Virus record (IMG/VR): IMGVR_UViG_3300037963_005450
Location: 1 to 64,000 of that record
From: a virus
Strand: one strand, 5' to 3'
Length of the DNA stretch: 64,000 nucleotides
Shown in pieces: positions 8,101 to 19,900 of the stretch. Under the pieces are notes generated by a model, which was given only the letters and a program-made list of their open reading frames with translations, was not told where the DNA came from and ran no database searches. Position numbers and translations under genes: made by a program. How positions within the stretch are numbered: position 1 is the first letter of the stretch; each line of letters begins with the position of its first letter.

Positions 8101-10954
8101 ATGTTCTAACATAATTTTCAATAGCTCTATCTATAAGACCTTGTACTACTTCTCCGCCTGATTTTTCATAACCACCTATATCTTGAAGTCTTTTTTCTAA
8201 TGTTAATAAAAGCTTCATTTGTGAATTGTTTAGATCTTCAGACCCTTTTAAATTTCTTAAACCACTATAGCTAGTAATAAACTTTTCAAAATTTAAAGCA
8301 TAATTAATATACTTTTGGGAATTATAATTTTTTGGATCATTCATAAATTTTATAAATGTATCCATTTCTCTTATAGAATCTATTAAAAGTCTAGTTAATT
8401 CACCAGACATTCTTTTATTATCTCCACCTACTATAGTTGCTACTTCTATAGCTGCTATTTTATCATCAATTAATTCAATAGCTTCTGCTCTTGTTTTATC
8501 TAATGTAATTGCAGATCTTAATTGTAATAATGCGTCTTTTCTTTTAATTAATCCTTGTTTAAAATCTTGCAATGCTGTAAAAATAGTATTGTATTCTGTA
8601 TGACCATTAGCATCAGTAATATCTTCAGGTAAACCTTCTTGTGCATCTACATAACCATCTTTTAAAGGCCCTTCATCACTTTGATCAATTATTTCTTGCA
8701 TTCTTTTAGCACTTAACATGCTTGTATCAATAGGAATTAATTCATTTATTAGATCTTCATCTTGTTGCTCTGGATGATTTTGAAAATATTCTATTTGAAA
8801 AACACCTACATATTTACCATCTTCATTAAAATCTTTTTCTGACCAAGGAACATGGATATGATAAGTTTGTGCTGCTTCACCTTTTGAACCATATTCAAGA
8901 GTTAATCCCATATTCTCTGCCATCCTTCTATAGAGGTTAACTTGTAAATTATGTTGTTGTTTAGTTGTTAGTAATACTCTTTCATTTTTACCTTTTTTAT
9001 CTTTTTTTCTTATTTTATTACCTGCATCATCTAAAACATATTGCCCATCTTTAGTTTCATATAATAATTTAGAATCTTCTGCCACAGGATAAGTATTTGT
9101 ACTGTATGCAGGACTCTTAGAAAATTTATCAAGTTTTTTAACTGAATTTTTACTGGTTTTTAAATCTATAATTCTTATTTCACCTCTAGTATTTATTACC
9201 ATTAAATCTACAGTACCTGCTGTTTTTGTTTTTTCATCAAATAAAATTACTTGAGGTAAAACAATATTTTGATCTCTTTCACTAACACTTCCTGTTTCTG
9301 CTTTTATTCCTAATACAGCTACTTTTAATTGATTAAAAGCGTCTCTTGCAATATCAGCATCTAATATTGTTAATTTATCTTGTATATCTTCTAAAGTTAA
9401 TCCTGCAGCTATACCATCTGCAATTGCATCAAAATCATTTCCTAAATCAAGAGATATCCTTTTATCTATTCTTTGTTGTTCAGGCATTGTCCCTTTAATA
9501 ACAGTTGTTGCTGATGTATATTTTTCACCAGTTTCTACATTATAATATGTATGATCTGCTTTATTTAATACTATAATAGTTTTGCCGTCTCTTGCCCCGG
9601 TTGCTGTTAGAAAATCAAAATCTCCTTCAGGAGTAGTATATTCAGTTTTTTCTTGAGGTTTTAAAGCTACAGTATGAAATAATTGTGAAACAACTTTTTG
9701 TTGTAATTCATTTCCTCTTAACATTGCCGCTTTAACAATGCTTGTTTTTTCAGGTGATAAAGAATATTGAACTTTATTTACTTTATCTTTTCTTGATAAT
9801 GCTAAATTAAATGAAATATCAGATGTATTTAATAATCTGGCAATATCAGATAATGTTGCATTTTCAGATATTGATTCAACTCTAACCCCTCTTAATTTTT
9901 TACCACTAATATATTGATGTAAATCTTTTAATATTGTCATAAAAAAATCAAAAAGATCTTTTATCATTGTCATCCAACTTTCTGTCGGATTGTTTTCATA
10001 CTCTTTATTAAAATGTCTAGATAAAGCCTGTGTTACAATTTCTCTATTTATTTGAGTTTGATCAAAAAATACATCATCACTTGTTCTATATGCATTTTCA
10101 ATTTTAACAACCATTTCAGGAAACATTTCTCTTGCTTCTGATAATAATCCATTAAATAAAGTTTCATTTTGTGAAGCCACAGCATTAATAAAAGGATGCA
10201 ACATTTCTTCAATTGCAATTTCATTATTTACTCGTCCCTGTATTAAAATTACTTTCCCTCTATAGTAAAAGGAGTTTACCTGGTTAAATTTATTTTTATT
10301 TAACCCTCTTATATCTTGTGGTAATGATTCAAAATATCTACGTGCTTTTTCTTTACTTACTACTTCTACTTCTACTTGTGGAAACATTTGCATCATATGA
10401 TCTAATATTGCCATAGTATTAGGTGACATTTTTCTAGAAGCTTTTTTACCAATATTTATAACATCTTTTGGTTTAACAGCACTTTCGTTAATGTCTAATC
10501 TAATAGTTCTAGTAGTATTTACAGGAGTAAAATAATTATAAGGAATATTGTGAAATTGCAAATACTTTATAACTTTCTTAAAATTATCACTTGCTACTTT
10601 TCTTGCTTGTTCATTATTTAATATTTGTCCTTTCTCTGCTCTAAATATATAAGGGGCTCCTTCTTTAGGTGTATTTTGCACAAAGATTTTTAATTCACCA
10701 TTTATAGTTCTTCTTTGTACTAATCCTTGTTTTTTTAAATTTCCAATTAAAGCTTCATTAAATTCTTTTTGTTTTAATGAATACACAGCTGCTTTATTAT
10801 TAAGATATTCTTCAGCTTGTGCTACAGTAGGAAATAAATCACTACCATTAAAAGTTTGCCAGTTGTTTATAATACTATCTACTTTAACAGGACTTTTATA
10901 TTTTTTTAACAAGGGAGCATATTCTAATGCACTTCTATTTATACATTTAGCCAT
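5078..10954 (-). CDS. Giant virion cargo protein with degenerate zincin motif and PD-(D/E)xK nuclease domain (1958 aa)
   Basis: EEMLHP (10193-10210); HTYY..YTSATT..GNDFD..AGTVDL..IIDLKTS..QVNLY nuclease motifs (about 8780-9560); directly downstream of the RNAP, as in crAss-like phages. Confidence 0.8.
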   Translation of the reverse strand: MAKCINRSALEYAPLLKKYKSPVKVDSIINNWQTFNGSDLFPTVAQAEEYLNNKAAVYSLKQKEFNEALIGNLKKQGLVQRRTINGELKIFVQNTPKEGAPYIFRAEKGQILNNEQARKVASDNFKKVIKYLQFHNIPYNYFTPVNTTRTIRLDINESAVKPKDVINIGKKASRKMSPNTMAILDHMMQMFPQVEVEVVSKEKARRYFESLPQDIRGLNKNKFNQVNSFYYRGKVILIQGRVNNEIAIEEMLHPFINAVASQNETLFNGLLSEAREMFPEMVVKIENAYRTSDDVFFDQTQINREIVTQALSRHFNKEYENNPTESWMTMIKDLFDFFMTILKDLHQYISGKKLRGVRVESISENATLSDIARLLNTSDISFNLALSRKDKVNKVQYSLSPEKTSIVKAAMLRGNELQQKVVSQLFHTVALKPQEKTEYTTPEGDFDFLTATGARDGKTIIVLNKADHTYYNVETGEKYTSATTVIKGTMPEQQRIDKRISLDLGNDFDAIADGIAAGLTLEDIQDKLTILDADIARDAFNQLKVAVLGIKAETGSVSERDQNIVLPQVILFDEKTKTAGTVDLMVINTRGEIRIIDLKTSKNSVKKLDKFSKSPAYSTNTYPVAEDSKLLYETKDGQYVLDDAGNKIRKKDKKGKNERVLLTTKQQHNLQVNLYRRMAENMGLTLEYGSKGEAAQTYHIHVPWSEKDFNEDGKYVGVFQIEYFQNHPEQQDEDLINELIPIDTSMLSAKRMQEIIDQSDEGPLKDGYVDAQEGLPEDITDANGHTEYNTIFTALQDFKQGLIKRKDALLQLRSAITLDKTRAEAIELIDDKIAAIEVATIVGGDNKRMSGELTRLLIDSIREMDTFIKFMNDPKNYNSQKYINYALNFEKFITSYSGLRNLKGSEDLNNSQMKLLLTLEKRLQDIGGYEKSGGEVVQGLIDRAIENYVRTYVKENSNREDLDDATLDQVLKLGEDIGLFEYGTYDLSTSKDTLLALMDKIFKAKRQQVLDNIANREYRIRQAASALAKLSPGNDQNEFYDYMLEFDEEGVPTGMIVQKIGQQYYNQKKELYSKLSDASGTPLQYREIDDIEEAKRTPEGRENIKYNKELHKRKTEFALFMRAEYTEGGKLRKGKYHYYDDEFINARLEHERYVQVGDNHGHWEAKPGISHAKYQKYLVKYYDQRDGLTKAEYINGEFTGKVYEVPTRYFPKRKFVKIQESYYDDNGVSRSQLSKKYQEIMNPTDALGEARKAFYETYVEIYNDMLEKLPMTTRDKMLGKMPLIKNTFFESLKAKPNVVANLWTKMSRGTKDFFTSTAHSKRVVLDEQGNLTDQLPIFYTGSPRTEEQLKKILDDIEALEERYQKGGVNGITFENYEKEMAILKGEEAKIRQVPTREELSKDMADSLLRFTAMAENYEVMGQAEDTLNAFLKVIEKRTYTTSDNVVTAYVKGRKERIGEVKGTDSLVYKRAKKWLSMVYYNNDAMSKSTGDKIVSKLIRYSSLSYVAWNPFGNINNYVIARLNNGIEVAGQRYFSAKSYARATAEFDKRVLPDLVRKTAFAGKNFTSGQYDQYEPQSKYEAFVELFRMMDNTADIRESGYNGKKGLFSKLMDLGYLLQDGAEYNVQTKVGMAMIMDVQVRRSEDGPNGETLSLWDAMEFDSVTHKLKLKEGYDQVGERNSANPNNAERQWKDFTDDWRYQFRNKIREVNKQIHGNYAHEDRMVIQAHWGGELLAQFHKWVVPAIKARYRSEYFDENLGWLEGRYTTVLQMTKWLWKNKANMRNLKEQFKKDYGEGNRAKMKVLNLYRTAGEVAIMITTLTLASILKGLWEDDDDDSPEMRRLKNATVYQADRAYKELIQFAWFTPDGIKQIWQMVGSPVASTRTLGELTEAFVSTVDYAYYGLTQPPEEFYKNSEVYYQRRPRKGQLKLAKEWADAVPVIYGIQRWFDFENQKDFYIK

Positions 10955-10965
10955 TTTATTTTATT

Positions 10966-13900
10966 TTATCCTTTACTACATTTTTTTAAGTAATCTAAAA
11001 ATTCATCTTGAGTTTCAAAATCACTTTCTTGAAAAACTTCTACCGCTGATTGATAATCACTTATTTTAGCAAAATCTTTAAGGTTTTTATACATTGCTTC
11101 TGATTCAGCTTTTGGCATATCATCTATTTCATCAAAGAAATCTTCAATTTCAGTAAATGATTCTTCGTTTTCATTAGCAAAGTTAAGAATTTCATTAATA
11201 CCTATTCCACCTTCTACATCATCTCCTATGTTTTCATCTGCTGGAATACTTGGTGTTTCTTCTTCAACTGCTGGTGCATCAGTATATTCAGAAATATTTT
11301 TTGTACCAACAATAACTTCATTTTCATTTGCTTTAACATTATTATTTTGAACAGCTAATTCTTTAGCTATTTCTTCTTCTGTTTTAAATCTATTTGAATC
11401 AAAAGTTCCTTCAGCCATGCCAATATCACTATTGTCTTCAAGACTTCCATCTTCTCTAGCTATTACCCCTCTTCTTACATCTTTATATGTTGGTACTATA
11501 CCATCAAATGAAAATGCAATTGGTGTTGCTTGATTAGATCCTACCGGTTCAGTTTCTATATATTCAGCTCTACTACCTGTTGTTAAAGGTTGATTTGCAG
11601 TTATTATTTCATTTGATCCAGTATTTGAACCGCTCCAAGCTTTGTTTAATTTAAATGTTCTATAAGTAGGGATTTGAGTTAATCTTCCAAATTCATTTTG
11701 AATAGATTCCATTTGCTTAATTCTTATTTCAGCTGGAAAAATTAATTCTGTACGTACACCAAACTTAGTGTCTTTTCTTACAGAATTAAATCCATGAGAA
11801 GCTTCTAATATTGATAAATTTCTTGAAATTTGTTTATTAGCTTTTTGTGAAGGATTTTGATAATGTCTTTCATTTAATTCATTCTTTGATTGATTATCAT
11901 TAGGACGGCCTAATACTCCATTATAAAGATCTATTATTAAACCTGTACCTTCTTCTGTTTCTAATATAAGAGCTGGTTGATTGGCAGCTGCTTTTTTACT
12001 AATTGTACCTTCAGATTCTATTTGATTAGTTGAAATATTATAATCAAACTCATCTTTCATTCTTTGTTTTAAATAATTAAATATTTTAGGTCCATATTTA
12101 TAAACATTAGATTTTTCAGCTTTACTTATAAAATACCTTGGTAATACAATTGGTCTACCATCATCTTTTATTCTTTTAATTTGACTATCAATTAACACTT
12201 TAAAATCAGCCTCATCATTATTTGTATAATAACTTGATTCAGTTGATCCACCATCTATTTTAAATTGAATGCCAAAAGCATTTTCAAGATCTTGAATTCT
12301 TGCATTTCCGGCATATCCTTCAGACTCTGGATAAATATATATGTTTTCAGTATCTTGTTGTACACTATCTATAGCAAATGATGCAGTTTTAAATTTATTT
12401 GAATCTGGAGCATATATTTGAATGTTTCTACCTCTTCGTTTTACATTACCCATAGTTGGTAACATCCAGTTAATAGGGTTGGCATTTAAATAACCATATA
12501 CAAAATCTTTTACCATTTCAGCATGACTCATTCCAAATATATCTGCAAAAGCTTTATCATCTTCTTTTGTTTGAAATGCTTCATGAGCTATATCAACATA
12601 ATCAATATATAGATCATAAATAAATGGGGCCAATGCTGATAAAATACTTCCTGATTTAAATTGTAAACCATCTTTAACCATTACATAATGTGCAATATGT
12701 ATAGCATCTGCTCTTGTTTCTGGATTACTAAATATATCAGCAAAACTATTTTGTATTTTTTCTACTTGAGCTGGTGACACTTTTGTCCAAGTTGTAGATT
12801 TTATTTGACTAACACCTGTTTTATTAGTACTTCTAAATGCAGAATCATTAAAGATAAATCTATTTAAGAAATAATTTTCTTTACCCTCATAGATTTTTCT
12901 TAATTTAATTATTACATCATCTATTTGTACAGCACTATCATTTTCTTTATATATAAGACCATTATTTAATGATGATAAACTAATTGGTTTTCCTGCTTTT
13001 CTTAAACCTTGTATATAAGCTTTCATTGTTACATATGCTAAAAGATCTGTAGATACTCTATTATGAATATCGGCTCCTTTCCATATGTCATTTACAACTC
13101 TAGGGTTTAAATTTGCCATTGTTGTGTTTAATATATCAGTAAACTTTTTAGTTTTTGATAAAAATATTTTTGGCAAAAGTTCTTGCAATTGCCTATCCAT
13201 ATTAACATTATTACCGTGGAAAGTTGAATCATCACCTTTAAATATTTTTCTCCAGCCTTCTTCTAATGGTAATTCAATACCTTCTTTAGTAATATTACTC
13301 ATAGTTAAAGAGCTATATGGGCCTTCATAAAATAATCCTAAGTTATCTATAGACATGTTTCTTTCAGTTACATCTCTAAAATTTTGACCTAGTGTTTTTG
13401 CAAGGTTCACCATACTTTGCATTTCACCTGTAAACTTTTTAAGCCTATGAGCATTTTGCCATTGTTTTAATATTGCATAATCTCTGTGAAACATTGATTT
13501 ACTATATCTTCTTTCTTCAGCATTTTTTGCAGTAAATAAAGTACCGTATTTTCTTTCATCTCTATTAAAGCTTTTCATCTCTTTAATAGCTTCCATTAAA
13601 CTTTCATTGGTAACTTCAACTTTGGCATCTTGTGAAAGATTTTTATCATAAATATTTGCATAAGAAGTTTCCATATCTCTGATATGTGCTTTAACCATTG
13701 CATAAATACCAGCTTCTGTTTTAGATTCTCTATTAGCATTTTCCCAATAAAAATTCTTTATTAATGGATTATTAATTAATAAAATAGAAGTTCTTATTGG
13801 AACACCTAATGCTGTAAGATTTACCACGGTTGCTAAAGCATCTTTATTTAATCCTAATTTAGCAGCTAATCTTTCTTTAGCATTATCTGTCATTGCAGTA

Positions 13901-16900
13901 ATTAAAGCAGATATAATAAATTGAGTTCTTTCCCCTTTAGGATTTTGTTTTCCTGTTTCTAAATCAATTTCAAATTGAGTGTTAAAATCTCTAAAAGTTA
14001 CACCATTATATTTTATTTGTGGATACGTCTCTCTATTATTAACTTTTATACTTCTATATTTTACATTAGCTTCTGCAAGTAAATTTACTATAACATTTGG
14101 TAATACCGCTGCACCAATTGAACGTGCACCTTCTTTATTATTTGTCCAAGCTTTTAATTTACCGTTTAAGTTATCTACATCTACATCATCTTCTTGTACT
14201 AATTCTGCTAATTCAGGTAAATTTTCTTCTATCCATTTCCACTCTGTAATCAATGGATCAATAACTGCAGATTCATATGCAACAGGAACTTGTCTTCCAC
14301 CAACAGTTTGAGTCATTGCTTCATTACCTAACAATGCAAATTTTTGATCTAATATATCATTATTCATAGGAGCTGCATATGGCTCTGTTTGAAATGTCAT
14401 TTTAGTTTTACCTTTTCCTACAGTATAAGTACGCTCTTCTTTATATGTTTCATATTGTTTTTGAGTTATAGGTAAACCTAATATCATTAATGCACCAATA
14501 ACATCATCACTTAAACCTGCTTCTTTAGCTTTAGCTTTTTGTTTGTCTGTTAATGATGTTGCCATATTAACACCTTTAGCTAAATATTTTTTTCTAGCAG
14601 CATTTAAAGATGAATTAGTTGCATAAGCATCTTTCATTTGATAATCAATATACTCTCTATACTTACCTATTTTAGTAGTAGCATCCCCATATGCTTTAAA
14701 CTCTCCGTTTTCTTCATAGAATTCTTTTACTTGCATGTATAGAGCATCAATATCAAAATCCGCTCCTGATACTTCAATCAATTGATCTGGGAATACAGCA
14801 GTTGAACCATAAAAAGCAGGCATAAAATCAACTAACTTTAAGTTAATAGATGAATGCATATCTTGAGAAGGAATACGTACACCAAATGCTTTTGCTAATG
14901 CTGCTGGAATAGTAACCATACCTTTTCCATTTTTTGGCAAAAAGACTGTGTTACCTTTTTGATTTGTAGTTGTAGCATAACCAAATGCAGCTGCATATTC
15001 TTTTTTAGATCTATTTGCATCAAATCCTTCTATTTCTGATCTTACTATAAAATCATTTGCTTTAGGTGAAAAAGATTTTGTATTAGCCCAAGTTTTCCAT
15101 TTCTTTTCAATTTCAGAAACTGTAATTGTTTCTCCTCCAGTAGCAATGACCTTATCCATTATTGATTTAAAATGAGGAGGCATAATAAACTCTGCATATC
15201 TTTGCCCAGTTTCTTTACCGTTTTCATCAAATTCTACAGCATTAAATCTAAGCTCATCTAAAACAACTACACCACCTTTTATATTGTCTTTTAATGCTTG
15301 TTCTAATCCAACAAAAGTTTTATTTTGAACATCATCAAATTCAGTTCTGAATAAAGTAGGTCTTTCATTTTCATTCATTGCTTCCCATTGATCATCTCTT
15401 ATTATTTCTGATCTTAATGGTTGACCATTTTCATCTACACTTAATACTTTTCTATAAACTTTAAATCCTTTACCAGAAAGTAATGATACTTTATGTCCTG
15501 GTATTTTTTCTCTAAACACTTGTTTACCAAAATAAGATAAAAACAATTGTTCAAATTTACTTATAGTTATAGGATTATTAAGATTTCTAGATTCTCCAGA
15601 AGTATCTTGTCTAAAATATTCTATTATGCTAGCAGAAGTTTGTGATGCTTCTAACCCATCAATTGCATATTCTAAAAAGGAATATAAATCTACAGTAAAT
15701 TGATTATTAATTTTGCTTGTCTCTAATTCACGCATTGCTGTTTCAATATTAAAATCAAGCAATAAGTTTCTTTGATTTACAAATTTTAATTGACCTCTAT
15801 TTGAAGTAGATTTTTGATAAGCTTTTCTTATAGTTCCTAAATCAGTTTCTTTACCGTTAATTATTACTGCCGTGTCATCTTTTTGTTCACTAGTAATAAT
15901 ACTTTTCATTTGCGTAGGATCTGTAATAATTACTTTATTAGATGGATTTATCATTTGTAATCTCATCCATTCCGCACTTAACGTTGTTGATTGATTTAAA
16001 TTTAATGGCAATTCTTCATTAAATAATTTACCTTCATTAAGTACTCTTCCTTTACGCATTTTACTTGCACTCATTGGTGCAGCAATAGCTAATGTTCCAT
16101 TACCATTTTCTTCCCACTCTCTAGTCTCAAATTGTTCTAAATTAACTCTAAGGTTATGAAGTTCTTTTCTATTTTCTTTAGCAATCCACTCTCCTTTTGA
16201 ATTTTTTCTGGATGTTAATTCTTTAGTAAGAACAAATGCTGACATTTTTAAGAATGTATCACCGTCAGCATACACTAATTTTTTAGAATTAATAAATGCA
16301 TTAAATGATTTTAAACCTGATACTCCAGTTTCTGGATTTCCAAATACATCTTCAGAAGTTAATTTTTCACCTCTTTTTAATTTTTCTATAATTTCCTGTT
16401 GTTTAGCATTTAATTTACCAAACCCAAACCACATATACTGAAATGCTTTAATTGTCATCCACATCTGAGCATCAGCTTTATCTCCTTGTCTATTAGCACC
16501 AAAATCAAAAAGTTGTTGATATTTAGGATCTGTTATAGTAAATAAGGAAATGTTTTCTACAGGATGTAATATATCTATAGAAGGATCAAATATATCTGTT
16601 TGTGCACTATAACCTGCTGCATTTTGAGCTTTAGCTCTTTTAATCTTATCTACAGCATCTTTTAATGACATTGCTTGATCTCCTAATATTAAATCATTAA
16701 AAGATTTTGAATTAAGCCAATCATTAAAGAAAACTTGCATTAAATTAAACTCAGCATCATCCGGCTTTAAATTAAGTGCTTCCATTGCATCATTTTCTTG
16801 TGGACCCACTTTACCGTTTTCATTTTTAAATCCTTCTGTAATTTTAGAAGATATGCTTCCAGTTGCTCTAATTTCATCTAATGTAATTCTAAAGTCTTCA

Positions 16901-19900
16901 AACTCTTGAATCAATCTTTCTTCAATTAAAGATTTTAAAACATCTTCATTAAGACCTTCAATATCATTTATTGCTTGAGCAAAAGTTTTACCCTCAACAG
17001 CTGCAGCTTCTAATTTAGCTTTTAATCCATTAAATATTTCTGTTTCTGTTAATTTAGTTTTTTCAAATACTTCACTTCCGCTTTCAACAAACTCTTTAAA
17101 CATTTCCAAGTCTTTTTCATTTCCTAATAAATGAACTTGACTAGGTTTAAATACTACTACAATATTGTGATTTTCAGGTTTAAATGCTTCAAGTCTTTGT
17201 TTAGCCCTTGCTTTTTGTTTTTCAGTATCCTCTTTTTGAGTCCGTACATATGTACCAAAAATAGCATCACTTTTCTTATTACGCCTTCTACCTCTAAATG
17301 CATCAGTTTCATAACCTTTTTCTGGATTTTTAATATTTACTATTGCAGCAGTTATAACTTTTCCATATTCCTCTGCAGGATGAGAATTTCCAGAATATTC
17401 CTTTTCTCTTGAAAAAAAGAGTCCATCTTCAATTGGGTAATCCATTTGTTCCTCTCTTTCTACATCTTGAAACTCCTTAACTTCTTCTATCCTTTTATTA
17501 CTTCCATGGAATAAAATATCTTTTAATTGACTATCTGGAAATATAGTTGTTAAATAATTTATATAATCTTGCTTAGAACCTATATTACTTAACTCTGGAT
17601 GTAATTCAAATACATCATTTATTCCTTTTATTGGTGATACAACTCCTTCTTCTACTACTTCTTCTACTGCTAGGGATTCTACTTCTCCTTTAGCAATATC
17701 ATAAGCAACCATTGCTTTTTTACCTCGTAAGAATTGTAGGATTTGGAAGTTTTCTACCCACCAAACTTTATCACCTATTCTTAATTCAGGCCAACCTTCT
17801 TTTTTAGTTGTAACTACAGAACTACCAAATGCTTTAATTAAAGAATCAATGTTACTTGAATCTACTGTAATTTTACCTCTACTTCTTAATGTAAATTCTT
17901 CTGTTACATTGTCTGCTGCTTTTTTCCCTTTTTTAGTTATTTCAACAGTAGCTGTTTCACCTGGACGAATCCCTAGTTTTATAGAAGTTGCTGGTGTTCT
18001 AATAATTAAATTAGTTGGATTTGCTTCATCAAATAATAATTCTGTTTGACCTTCAGATGCATACATCCTATCTACAGCTTTACTTCTATCAATAGATCTT
18101 TCTGTTTTTGGTGTTACTAAATTACCCGTATTGGTAAGTTTATATGCTCTTCCAGTATCATCTGGTACAAGATCATTTCCTGCCAATCGTGCATTATAAC
18201 CATCTATAAGATCAGTTGTTTTTGTATCTTCATTTGATTCACGTCTAATCCTATCATATTCATTTTGTAATTCTGTTACAAATTTTTGTATAGTTTCTTC
18301 TGTTAATGCAGTTTCACCATCATTATTTTTTGTTACCGTTTTAATTACAGGTAACCCAATAAAATCACCTTGGTTACTTGCCTCAATAACTCTTATTAAA
18401 GAAGGAGCTATTGCTCTTGGAATATCTTCTCCTATTGAAACACCATCTATTTCTTTTCTTTTAGTATTATAGAAGTATGTATATACATTAATTAAATCTG
18501 TAATAAATTCTTTTGGTGTTGATTCTCCGTAAGTACTTCCTTCAATATCATTAGCAATACCGCTTGTTTCAACTAATGTATCTTCATCAACGTTTCCACC
18601 TTCTTTACTACCAGCAACTCTTATAACTTGTAATCTATTTTCAGTTGCTAATTGATAAAAATAAGGATCGTTTAATAGAGCATTCTTTTCTAAATATGCA
18701 ACATCTTTTAAATTTTCCAACTTATTAATATCATTTAACTGATTAATTTTTACAGTATGCATTGTTGGCAATTGATGTGCATATACTAAATCTCCATTTG
18801 GATTTCTAAACACTGATGCACCAATTCTTTCATCAAAAATTGCATTTCCTCTTGCTAGCTTTTCTATACGGCCTCTTATACCTTCATCAGCTTCATCTAC
18901 AAAAAAGTTTCTATTTAAATTTAAATGAAGCATCATTTGGTTTAGATCTTCAAACTCTAAAGCTTCAGCATCATAAACATCTAGTAATGCTTGTTGGTTT
19001 ATGTCTTTTGTTAAAACATTTTGTAAAACACTATATTGTAAATAAACAGGGCTAAGTGAAATACCTAATTTATCTTGAATAAGATTTGCATATTTTTTAG
19101 AATCTTGAATCATTTGTTCATACTCCTTTTCATTTAAAGAAGATATGCTTTCCGTAAAATATTCACTTTGGAATTCTCTTAACTCATCTATAATTTCTTC
19201 TCTTAATTGTGAATCAAATCTTAATTTATCAAACTGCATATCATATGCATCATTCCAATGATTAAATTGAGATTTAGCATCATCTCTTGAAGCTGCATCA
19301 TAAAGTAATACATTTCCTTCTTGATCTCTATGAACAAAAATATAATCTAATCTTACTTGATCAAATGCTTTCATTACTGAATTATAGAAATAAGGATTTT
19401 TAATATTTTCAAAATTACCAGCTGCAACATCTTCTCTTGAAAGACCTATTTCAGTAAATATTCTATCTACTACAGCCGCACCTTCATAATTACCATTTAA
19501 TGTAAAACCATTTAATGCTTTTAATATTTCTGTACTACTCTTTCTATTAGCAGAAGCTTTTAATAATAAATTATAAGCTTCCATAACATTAACCGGTACA
19601 ATTAATTTTTCTCCTGATGGTAATTCAGTATTACCAAATGAATCAGTAGATTGAACTGCAGTAGTTAATATAAATTGTCTAATGCCTGATGATAAAGAAG
19701 AAAAACCTCCTATCATACTTGCATCCTTGTCCCATTGAGAAGTATCTCTTAAACCTTTTTCATCTTCCTCTTCTTCTAAAATTTCTTCTTTTTCATTTAT
19801 TTGAAGATCTGCAAAACCTAATATTTTTTCTACAGCTAATCTAATTTCCATCCTAGTTATTGGATTTTCAAAAGCATCAGAATATAATCTTAACTGATCT

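Noticed and set aside
14900-15150. Possible intein or intron just before the RNAP RIPSQ motif
   Set aside because: The roughly 75-aa extra segment lacks intein terminal motifs (C/S start, HN end) and endonuclease motifs, and the frame is unbroken; likely a loop insertion.
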